A DNA stretch of 64,000 nt from Octopus vulgaris (taxonomy: Eukaryota): NCBI GenBank assembly GCA_951406725.2, contig OX597842.1:7130001-7194000 (forward strand). The letters are read 5' to 3'. Each line of letters begins with the position of its first letter. The stretch's first letter is position 1. Positions 26,233 through 37,119 of the stretch are shown here, piece after piece. A program made the position numbers and the translations under genes. The notes below the pieces were generated by a model. It had not been told where the DNA came from, searched no databases, and saw only the letters and a program-made list of their open reading frames with translations.

Positions 26233-27960
26233 TTAACCCTTTCATTACTGTATTTATTTCGAGACGCTCTGTGTTTCTTTAAATATGCTAAAAGGTTAAA
26301 CTGGTCAGATCCAACTCTACAATATCATTTCTAGAAATTTGCAATCACATCATTGGAATCTCAAAGCTATGAGATAATGCAGGATCAATTCAAAACAATG
26401 GGAATACATAAGAATTACATTTAATCTGAATGCTTGAGGGTTAAACTGGCCAGATCCAACCCCAATATTCTGTCTGTTTTATGTTCAAACTAGCCAAATC
26501 TGGTCTCTCACATCTATCCTAAAATGCCATTCTTAAAATAACCAGTCACATCATTGAAACCCCCAAGCTACAAGATGATGCTTGATTAATTCAGAACAAT
26601 GTGGATAAATAAGCGTTACATTTGATAGAGTGACCTGAATGCCAGAGGGTTAAACCAGCTATACTCAACCTGCTTTGAAGGCCAGATCCAGCCTCTCATA
26701 CGTAACCTTTAATGTCATTCTAAATATAAACAATCGCATCATTGCAATCTCAGAGCTGCGAGATAATGCAGGATTAACTCCAAGCAATATGAATAAATAA
26801 GCTTTACACCTGAACAAGTAATGAGAATGCTAAAAGGTTAAACTGGCCAGATCCAACCTCTTACACCTCTCATACAATGTCATTCTAAACTAATACAATC
26901 ACATCACTGAAATCTCAAAGCTTTGAGATAACACAGGATTAATTCAAAACAATGTGGATAAACAAGCCTTACATTTGATAGAGTATTCTGAATACTGAAG
27001 GGTTAAACAGGCCATATTCAGACCAGATATTCTGTTTATGTTCAAACTGACCAGATCTAGCCTTTCACACCTACCCTACAGTGTCATTTTAAAAATAAAC
27101 AATAGATGTGTAGCTTTGAGATAATGCAAGATTAATTCTAAACAATGTTAACAAATAAGAGGACCGTAAATCCTCGAGTATAGTCCGCCTTTGAGTATAA
27201 TATGCTGGGGATTTTTAGGGGGCTGTACCTCTGAAAAACCTAAACCTTGTGTATAATATGTACTCCTTCTCTAACTTGAGTTGTGCGTAATTAAGCCAGC
27301 AGCACCTAGTCGAACAAACACTTCCACGCATGCGTAATACAATAATGGTGATGTTCTTAACTGTTATATGGGAATGTAAATATGTTTGCAAATTGTTTTT
27401 GTTACATGTTATTCTATGTTCTGAATACTTTTATTTTAATAAATGTTGCTTACTGCAAGTTATGGATGATTCTTTTATGACTTCGTTGCTTTCAGGCTTA
27501 GCTTAAGGTATTTTAGCACCCGACATCACAAAATGTGTCTGAATAAACATTGCCGGACAGCAAATAGAGTCTCGGACATTGCTTAGAAAATATTTTTCAT
27601 TTTTAACCTCGTGTATAGTATGCACTTGGGATTTTGACCTTTAAATTTGGGGGAAAAAAATTCCGATTATACTCAAGGATTTACAGTTATCTGAATGTTA
27701 AAGGGCCAAAATATTCTCCTTGTTTTATGTCCAACTTGAGCAGATTCAGCCTTTCACACTTACCCTACAGTGTTATTTTTAAAATAAACAATCCCATCGT
27801 GAAAATCTCACAACAAAGCAATGCATGATCAATTCAAAATACTGTGAATAAATAAGTATTGCATCTAACAGTGCAATCTGAACGCTGGGGGGGGGGTTGA
27901 ACTGGGCCACGTTTGGCCTCTCACACCCACCCTACATTCTGAGTAATCTAAATACGAAAG
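26233..27960 (+). repeat. Diverged tandem array of ~145-210-bp units ending in (A/G)GGGTTAA
   Basis: Recurring GGTTAAACTGGCCAGATCC..GTCATTCTAAA..GAGATAATGCAGGATTAATTCAAAACAATG units (~7). It begins with the TTAACCCTT end of the piggyBac-like MITE. Confidence 0.75.
27164..27686. mobile_element. Non-autonomous Tc1/mariner-superfamily (Tc2/pogo-like) DNA element
   Basis: Terminal inverted repeats CCGTAAATCCTCGAGTATA / TATACTCAAGGATTTACAG. It interrupts one unit of the tandem array. Confidence 0.65.
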
Positions 27961-28031
27961 AGTAAAGAAAAAACAACAAAGAAAATAGATGTGTAGAGAA
28001 TTTATCTCAGTATATATGTGTTCATGTAAGC

Positions 28032-28065
<34 letters not shown>

Positions 28066-28526
28066 TGTATACATTGCATGTGTATGTATGTGTAATATAT
28101 ATATATATGTGTGTGTATATATATATATATTAGTTTTACAATAAAAACAAGAGAAGAACAGTTCAGGATGGTTCTGCTGTTATAAGTTCAATTCACACAG
28201 ATTCTCTTTGTCCATTATCGTTATATATATATGTGTATATGTATATATATGTGTGTGTTTGCGTGTGTAGATAAATATACGTGTGTGTGTTGCCTCTGTA
28301 TTATGAAATGAAGATCAGCCTGTAGGTACGTAAATGTATGTATATACATATATAAATGTGTGTGTTGTGGCGTGTATGTATAGATGGCTACAAACAGTTT
28401 ATTGTTTTCCAGTTCTCGAGTGTGTAAAATAAGTCTGTGGTTAATGGATGCAGGAGTTATGCATGTATGTATATTTCTTGCCCTACAGATATTTATTATT
28501 ATATACATTCAATGGATTTGTACACA

Positions 28527-28572
<46 letters not shown>

Positions 28573-28744
28573 GTATATATATGAGTGTGTGTGTATATGC
28601 ATGTGTGTGTATGTATATATATATTACATACACACTCATATATATATACACACACACTTAAGCATACACATGTAGTGTCCATGAAATCCTGACGCACAAG
28701 AAATTTATCAACATTTTCTATATATTACATATATTATTAACATA

Positions 28745-28798
<54 letters not shown>

Positions 28799-30303
28799 GT
28801 AATGTATATATATATATGTACATATGTAATATATATATATATATATATATATCTATAGACACGTGTGACATATTTATGATGTGTGTATATATATATATAT
28901 ATATATACACACACCAATATATGTGCTTGTGAGTATATAATATAAATATTCACACATACAGAAAATCCATACATATACAAATATATGTGTATATATAAAT
29001 ATATGTGTATATATATATATATTGTATATATGTATGTATGCATGCATGTGTATATATATTGTGCTCACACACACACATAAATTTACATATCCACACTGCT
29101 CTGGAAGCTGTGTGTAGTATGGGAGTGAAGCAGAGATGGGCATGGCGGCAGATAGAAAACAAGATATATTGGTGGGGGTTCAACCCCTGGCACTTCCCGC
29201 CAGAAAAAAAAAAAATGTTTTTTTTTTCTGATTTAAGCACCAGGCCAGCATTTTTGAGGGGAGGGAGGAGGGGGGAGTTAAGTCAATGCCACTGTCCCTC
29301 TAGTGCTCGACCAGTCCTTTTTTTTTTTTTAATCAACCTCCACACACACCCATCCCCACAAGAAAAAAAAAAAAAAGGTGAAAGGCAAAGATGACCTTGG
29401 TTGTATTTGAACTTTCAGAATGCAAATGAGCCGGAACAAATATCACAAAGCATTTTATCCGATGCTCCGAAAATTCAGTCGATCCACCATATTGAAGTTA
29501 ATAATACAGGGAGAAAAAAAAAAAAAAAAAAGGGTTTTAAATTTTGGTACGATTTTGAGGGGTGGGGCCAGTCGACTACATTGACACCCCACTCCTCTGC
29601 CAAGTGTAATAATTTCATATTCAGGGATGAAGGCCAGGAAATCTGGGAAAGTAGGACCCCAGAACTTTCGACTAGTATTTATCTTGATTTTTTTTTTTTT
29701 TTATCCCACTTTCTGAACCCCAGAAAGATGAAAGTGTAAAGTTGAATCCAGCGGGGATTTGAACCTAGAGATGTTGTCAAAAGGACTTTACTGAATGAAA
29801 ACCAAATTTCCTGGCAATCTTTTTGGGTTTTTTTAAAAAAAAACACAAAAAAAAATCTATTTCCTTTGTTTTATATGGGCCCATGATGGCAGCAGACTTG
29901 TAGGGTGGAGGTGGCAGAATCAGTGGTGGAGCAGGTGAGAGGGCAGAGAAAAATGGAGGTAGGACGCATTCAACGGAATTCACAACTCTCCTACCCATCC
30001 ACCCAACTATTTACGCACACCTGTATGCAGCTGAATTATTTGGTTTACTGCCCTCCCAACCCCACCACCCTCGGGAGGTTAAAAAAAAAAGGGGCCAAAT
30101 TGTTAAGTGTTGACCACAGTGGGATTTGATCCCATGACTTTGAAATGCACTTCTCTTACATTATGCGCCAGAAATTTTGTTAGTAATATTTGTTCCCACT
30201 TAGAACAAACCATATTGGGATAGGTAAACATTGGCTTTTGGTGCAATATGCACGTTTATATCATGAGCAGGGAGACAAATTCCTGTAAGCTCCAGCGCTG
30301 AGA

Positions 30304-30350
30304 CCACCAGATCCCGTTATTTCAACCTTAATTGGTCTCATCAGTGATGG
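30304..30350 (-). ncRNA. Type I hammerhead ribozyme, copy 1
   Basis: CCAUCA-CUGAUGA-GACC(AAUUAA)GGUU-GAAAU(AACGGG)AUC^UGGUGG: complete core, 6-bp stem I, 4-bp stem II, short stem III. Confidence 0.82.
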
Positions 30351-30661
30351 ATGCTCCACCTCTAGAGATAGCAGCGATTCATCTCCCCAGTGATATATAG
30401 AATATCAATGCTAGAACAGGCACTGGTATCACAATTAGCCAGTGAGCTTGCTAAAAATATATATATTAGCAACAGAGGAAGTGTTAATACTGTGGGGTAA
30501 TATTTATGCCCACTTAAATGTGGAGGTTCTGTTAGAACAGACCATACTGTGGTAAATACCATGAAACTCTCATATTGCCATTTGATGCAAAATGCATTCT
30601 TGTTTATATATTTCTAGTGGGGAGATAAATACTTGCTACTTCCAGCAATGAGAGAGAGAGA

Positions 30662-30708
30662 CCACCAGATCACATTATTTCAACCTTCATTAGTCTCATC
30701 AGTGATGG
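30662..30708 (-). ncRNA. Type I hammerhead ribozyme, copy 2
   Basis: CCAUCA-CUGAUGA-GACU(AAUGAA)GGUU-GAAAU(AAUGUG)AUC^UGGUGG. Confidence 0.8.
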
Positions 30709-31006
30709 ATGCTCCACCTCTAGAGATAGTGGTTCATCTCCCCACCAGTGATATATAGAAAAATCAGTGGTACCAGAGCAGGCACTGGAGTTGTGATTAG
30801 CAAGTGAGCTTGTTAAAAGGTACATATTAGCTATGGAGGCAGTGTTAATACTGAGAGGTAATATTTATCCCCACTTAAACATGGATCTTCTCTGTTAGAA
30901 CAAACTAGGCTATGTGAGAAACCCTCATATTGGCTTTTGGTGCAAAATGCATGCTTGTTTATACTGCTAGTGAGGAGATAAATCCTTGTCACCTCCAGCA
31001 CTGAGA

Positions 31007-31052
31007 CTACCAGATCACTTAATTTCTACCTTCCTTGTTTCATCAGTTATGG
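31007..31052 (-). ncRNA. Type I hammerhead ribozyme, copy 3 (degenerate stems)
   Basis: CCAUAA-CUGAUGA-AAC(AAGGAAG)GUA-GAAAU(UAAGUG)AUC^UGGUAG. The core is intact; the stems are weakened. Confidence 0.6.
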
Positions 31053-31285
31053 ATGCCCATCCGCTGGATAGCAGCAACTCATCTCCCCACCAGCGATGTA
31101 TAGAAAAACAGTGCCAGAACAGGCTCTGATGTTGCAATTTCCTCTCAGTTTTAATTCTGCCTCTCTCTCACTGATATATATTTTGGCAGTGGAGGAAAGT
31201 AGAGTGACAGTTGATAACATCAGATGATTAGTATTCCTCAACAAAGGTCCATACAAAATTTAGTTGTTAAAATTTATCTGCAATA

Positions 31286-31655
31286 GGCATAGGAGTGGCT
31301 GTGTGGTAAGTAGCTTGCTTACGAACCACATTGTTCCAGGTTCTGTCCCACTGCGTGGCACCTAGGGTAAGTGTCTTCTACTATAGCCTCAGGCTGATCA
31401 AAGCCTTGTGAACGGATTTGGTAGATGGAAACTGAAAGAAGCCTGTCATATATATATATATTATTGTGTGTGTGTATGTGTGTGTGTTTGTCCCCCTCCA
31501 ACATCGCTTGACAACCGATGCTGGTGTGTTTATGTCCTGATAAAATAAGTACCAGGCTTACAAACAATAAGTCCTGGGGTCGATTTGCTCGCCTAAAGGC
31601 GGTGCTCCAGTATGGCCGCAGTCAAATTACTAAAACAAGTAAAAGAGTAAAAGAA
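31286..31655 (+). mobile_element. tRNA-derived CORE-type SINE
   Basis: Same family as 1225-1645. Further copies lie at ~545-890, 12060-12425, 14665-14960, 35217-35622, 40392-40935 and 60627-61020. Confidence 0.8.
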
Positions 31656-32439
31656 AGGACAATAAAAGTGTTTTAAGAATTTTTTACTAAAATTCCTCAG
31701 AATATTTAATTATAAAAGAATCTTTTATCTTTTACTTGTTTCAGTCTTCAGACTGCGGCCATTCTGGGGCAGCGCCTGGAATGATTTTTAGTTTAATGAC
31801 TAAACCCCAGCACTTACTTTTGTTAAGCTTGGTACTTATTCTATTGGTCTTCTTTTCGATGAACTGTTTAAGTTATGGGGACGTAAACGTACCAACACCA
31901 CCTGGTATGTGAGGGTGAAGATACAGACACAAAGATATATACACATATACACATGTGTATATATATATATATATATATACACATATGCATATATATATAC
32001 ATACATACATATACACATATGCTTTCAATGCGAATACATATATATATATATACACATACACACACACAATGGGCTTCTTTTCATTTTCTGTCTACCAAAT
32101 CCACCCACAAGGCCTTGGTCAACCCAAAGCTATAGTAAAGACACTCGCCCTAAATGCCACACAGTGGAACCGAACCCAGAACAATGTGGTTGGGAAGCAA
32201 GCTTCTTACCACACAGCCACGCCTGCACCTATAATAATAGTATTTTTTAAACATTGAATGAATAGAATAAAATAGGGATCAAAGGGGTCCACAGTTAGGA
32301 TATGGTTGAAAGGATGAAAGGCAAAAACCAACCTCAGGGGACTTTGAACCCAGAATATAAATAACCAGAAGAAATGCTAAGCCCTTTGTCTGGCAACATA
32401 ACAACTGATGATGATAATAATAATAATAATACTAATAAT

Positions 32440-32610
32440 AAAAATCTTGAGGAGTACATGGAGGAATTAGGGGCTGCAATAAGGGTGGAGCACCTGCAGA
32501 AAACAGCACTGCTTGGAACCACTCGAATACTCCGGATGGTGCTCGAAAAATAAGCTGACACCGTAGTACATCTCCAGCGTTAGAAGCTGTACAAAGATAA
32601 TATAATAATA
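32440..32610 (+). mobile_element. R4/Dong-like non-LTR retrotransposon 3' end within (TAA)n
   Basis: Encodes NLEEYMEELGAAIRVEHLQKTALLGTTRILRMVLEK*. (AAT)n is present on both sides. Confidence 0.72.
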
Positions 32611-33536
32611 ATACTAACCCTTTTTACTATAGGCAGAAGGCCTGAAATATTGCGGGAGTGGACTGGTCAATTACATCGACCCCCAGTGCTCAACTGGTCC
32701 TTATTTTATCGACCCTGAAAGGGTAAAAGGCGAAGTCGACCGTGGCAGAATTTGAACTCAGAACATAAGGACAGATGCAATGCCACAAAAGCATTTTACC
32801 CAGCACGCTACCAATTCTGCCAGCTAACAAGGTCACGAAGCCTGGAATTTTGAAGAGGGGGGGAGCTGATTTAACTGATCCTTAAGACTTCGCTGGGTCT
32901 TTATTTTATCGGCCCCTGTTTGATGAAAAGCAAAGCTGATTTTGACAAATGCAGAAGGGAACTAAACTAAATCCCACAAGGTCTTTTGTCCAAACACTCT
33001 ACTAAATCCTGATGATGATGATGATGATGATGATAATTGTTTCTACCATAGACATAAGGACTGAAATTTGGGGTCAGGGGGATAAAAGGGTAAAGACCCC
33101 CTTCAGTTATGAATGACCATGGGATTGCATCTAGAAAGTTCCCCTCCCAGGCACAAGTCCAGACAAGGTTGTTTACGGAAGACCAGCAGTCGCCCATGCA
33201 TACCAGCCTCCCCTCTCTATGCCACCAGTGTTATCCAAGAGAAAGGGCAAAGGGGTCGATACAGCTTGGCATTGCAACTCATTTCTACAGCTGAGGGAAC
33301 TGGAGCAATGTGAAATAAAGTATCTTGCTCAAGAACACAACATGCAGCCTGGTCCAGGAATTGAACTCACTACCTCATGATTGTGAACCTGATGCTCTAA
33401 CCACTGAGCTCAACTGCTACTTTATTTTATTGACCCCAAAAAAGTGAAAGGCCTCAGTGGAATTTGAACTCAGAGCATTAAGGAGTTGTAAAAATTGTCG
33501 GACATGCTAATGGTTCTGTCAGCTTGCCCACCTTAA

Positions 33537-33756
33537 CCCTTTCGTTACCGTATTTATTTTCAGGTGCTCTGTGTTTCTTTCAATTACTTTAAATATAAGA
33601 AAGAATTTAGTAAAGTAACTTAGTTATCATTGAGCTAGTGTTAGGAACATAAATTGTGACTAAGGTTTGGTGGAAGATTTCAATTCAGAACTTATGAAAA
33701 CAAGACATTTGTACTTAGAGCCAGAGGCAGTTTCAGTTGGGTTGGTATCAAAAGGG
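33537..33756. mobile_element. piggyBac-like MITE
   Basis: TTAA|CCCTTTCGTTACC...GGTATCAAAAGGG|TTAA: short TIRs with a TTAA duplication. Confidence 0.75.
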
Positions 33757-33787
33757 TTAAGAATTGTTTCTCTATTATATATTTTAA

Positions 33788-33998
33788 CCCTTTTGTTACC
33801 GTATTTTGTTGAGATGCTCTGTGTTTCTTTCAGTTTTTTTTAAATATAACAAAGAATTTAGTAAAATAATTTGGTTATCATTAAACTATTGTTAGGAACA
33901 TAAATTGTGACTAAGGTTTGGTGGAAGATTTTAACTCAAAAGCAAGACATTTGTACTCAGAGCCAGAGCTGGTATCAGCCGGGTTGGTAACAAAAGGG
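33788..33998. mobile_element. piggyBac-like MITE, second adjacent copy
   Basis: TTAA|CCCTTTTGTTACC...GGTAACAAAAGGG|TTAA. An inverted copy starts at ~9710 and is interrupted by a SINE head. Confidence 0.75.
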
Positions 33999-35879
33999 TT
34001 AATAATAGTTTAAAAATTTTGGTACAGGGCCAGCAGTTGAGGGGATGGGATGTTGACTACATTGGCCGCTACTTATTCTATCGACCATGGAAGGCAAAGT
34101 TGACCCCAACAGAATTTGAGAATGTAAAGATGGGGCAAAATGCAGCTAAGCACTTTGTCTGATGTGCTAACGATTCTGTCAGCATGCTGCCTTGTATGAA
34201 TATAATTACTGGTTTCAAATTTTGGCACAAGGTCAACAGTTTTGGGGGAGAGGGTAAGTTGACAGCATCAACCCCAGTGCGCAACTGGTACTTCTTTTAT
34301 CAACCCCGAAAGGTTGAAAGGTAAAGATGACCTTGGTAGAATTTGAACTCAGAATATAAGGACAAACAAAATACTGCTAAGCATTTCGCTTGGCATGCAA
34401 ACCATTCTTATTTCTTTACTGCCCACAAGGGGTTACTCACAGTGGGGACAAACAAGGACAGGCAAATGGATTAAGTTGATTATATCGACCCCAGTGTGTA
34501 ACTGGTACTTATTTAAACTTATTGACATGCTAACCATTCCGCCAACTTTCCACCTTAGTAATAATAATAATAATAATAATCCTTTCTACTATAGGCACAA
34601 GGCCTGAAATTTTGGGGAAGAGGGTTAGATGATGACCACAATGACCTCAGTGTTTTCACTGGTACTTGTTTTATTGACCCTGAAAAGATAAAAGGCAAAG
34701 TCAACCTCAGTGGAATTTGAACTCAGAACAGAAAGATGGACGAAGTATCACTAAGAATTTTGCCAAGCATGCTAATGATTCCGCCAGCTCACTGCCTTTT
34801 TAATAATAATAATTGTTTCTAATTTAGGCACTGGACCAACAATTTTTGAGGGAAGGGATTTGTCAGCTGATTACACCGATCCCAGTATATGACTGGTACT
34901 TTATTTTAGCAACCTCGTAATGGATGAAAAGCCAAGTTGCTCTCAGCGAGGCTTGAACATGGGACATAAAGATCCAGGAGAAACACGAAGAATTCTTGCA
35001 ATGCTCGACCGATTCTATCAATCCACCGCTTCATGGACAATAAAGCTCCTAACACGACAGAAAGTCTACAGGAAATGAGAGAGAGGTATAGAGGCGATCA
35101 TATACATGTGAGGACCCATGGCTGTGGGTTTAGGGTGTTGCAAATCTTGAGAGTAAGATTGTGATCTTGATTCCTCAACTGGGCGTTGCATTGTGTTCTT
35201 AATGCTAAATAAACACTTTTTACTTGTTTCTGTCATTTGACTGCGGCCATGCTGGAGCACCGCCTTTAGTCGAGCAAATCGACCACAGGACTTATTCTTT
35301 GTAAGCCCAGTACTTATTCTATCGGTCTCTTTTGCTGAACCGGTAAAGTAGCGGGGACGTAAACGCACCAGCATTAGTTGTCAAGCGATGTTGGGAGGGA
35401 CAAACACAGACACAAAAACATACACACACACATATATATATATATGTATATATATATACGACGGGCTTCTTTCAGTTTCTGTCAACCAAATCCACTCACA
35501 AGGCTTTGGTTTGCCCGAGGTTATAGTAGAACACACTTGCCGAAGGTGCCACGCAGTGGGACTGAACCCGGAACCATGTGGTTGGTAAGCAAGCTACTTA
35601 CCACACAGTCACTCCTGTGCCTATACATACATACATATACTCTTTACTCCTTTTACTCTTTTACTTGTTTCAGTCATTTTGACCGTGGCCATGCTGGAGC
35701 ACCGCCTTTAGTCGACCAAATTGACCCCAGGACTTATTCTTCGTAAGCCTAGTACTTATTCTATCAGTCTCTTTTTCCGAACCGCTAAGTTACAGGGACC
35801 TAAACACATGGTGAGAATTTACAAAATAACAAAAGATGAAAATGGGTGTGTATGTATATTAATATACGTATATATGTGA

Positions 35880-35922
<43 letters not shown>

Positions 35923-35949
35923 CATACAGACCCCGCCTTAATATATATG

Positions 35950-36170
35950 TTTCTTTATTACCCACAAGGGGCTAAACACAGAGGGGACAAACAAATGAAT
36001 TAAGTCGATTACATCGACCCCAGTGCGTAACTCGTACTTAATTTATCGACCCCGAAAGGATGAAAGGCAAAGTCGACCTCGGCGGAATTTGAACTCAGAA
36101 CGTAATGGCAGACGAAATACGGCTACGCATTTCGCCCGCCGTGCTAACGTCTCTGCCAGCTCGCCACCTT
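35950..36170 (-). mobile_element. SINE, third family (GACTTTGCCTTTCATCCTTTCGGGGTCGATAAA core)
   Basis: Minus-strand head AAGGTGGCGAGCTGGCAGA..GAGTTCAAATTCC and a conserved core. Dozens of copies are present, with clusters at 11690-13240, 32620-34950 and 53660-54600. The core resembles the Meta/MESC SINE domain, from memory. Confidence 0.75.
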
Positions 36171-37119
36171 AGTACTTAATATATAGACCCCATCACAGAA
36201 ATTGACAGCTACAGTATTTCATCGGCCCCTGCAGAAAGGATAAAAGGTAAGATAAATTCGACTTTGACAGGGCTGGAATTTGATTTCTAATATAGGAGCA
36301 AAGGAGGAAGGACCTGAGGGCTTTTAAATAGAAAAGGGACCCCAATTGATTATTGATTACACAGACCCCTAAAACTCCTTGTGGTAATTTTCCTTCGTTT
36401 TTAATTCATCAGTCAGTCGAATCTACAGATGGATAGGAATAAAGGGTCAAGTGATGTTGGTGGATCTGGGTTAAAAAACAAAAGACAAACACACAAAGAG
36501 GGATGACATGAACTAAACACCACAAGGTATTTTCTCGGAGGCTTTACTGATTTATCAGTACAAATATTTGTGAAGGGTGAGGGTAAGATTTTAGTTTGAT
36601 ACAAGGGTTCTGGAATGGGATGGGAAACAAGTGAACTGAGAGCGTAACGGGGGAAGGGTTAGGGTTAGGGCCCCGAATCTTACCCCACTCCCGAAGGACA
36701 GGGGTAACAAAGATAGGTGGAGGAGGGGAGTGCCCGGGAGGAGATAAAATATATGCCCCGCCGTCATCGCCACTGCCACCTCCATGTGCTGAGCTCAGAA
36801 ACCTCCCCTTCCAACCCAACCTTCTAACCCTGACCCCACCCCCACCAATAATCGATTCCCTACACTTTTGCACAGCCATCGACCTTGGGCAACACAACCA
36901 CCACCATTACTAGGGTCTTCACATCATAATCATCATCCACCACCACCACCATCAAAATCATCCCCTATAACAATCATCATCATCATCATCATGGTCCTAT
37001 TTGTTGTTACCTCCAACACCACCATCAAAACCATTAGCTACACTATCATCGCCACCACCACCATCGTTGACACCATCACTATCTCATCACCATCACTACC
37101 ATCATTATCACCATCACCA

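Larger units (their letters stand above)
30180..31140 (-). mobile_element. Candidate non-LTR retrozyme: ~350-bp tandem units each carrying a type I hammerhead
   Basis: About 2.7 diverged units, with hammerhead cleavage sites spaced 358 and 345 nt apart and no coding capacity. Confidence 0.72.

Noticed and set aside
28000-29100. Many YIYI/CVCV/HTHT ORFs here and throughout the window
   Set aside because: Translations of TA/CA microsatellites and SINEs.
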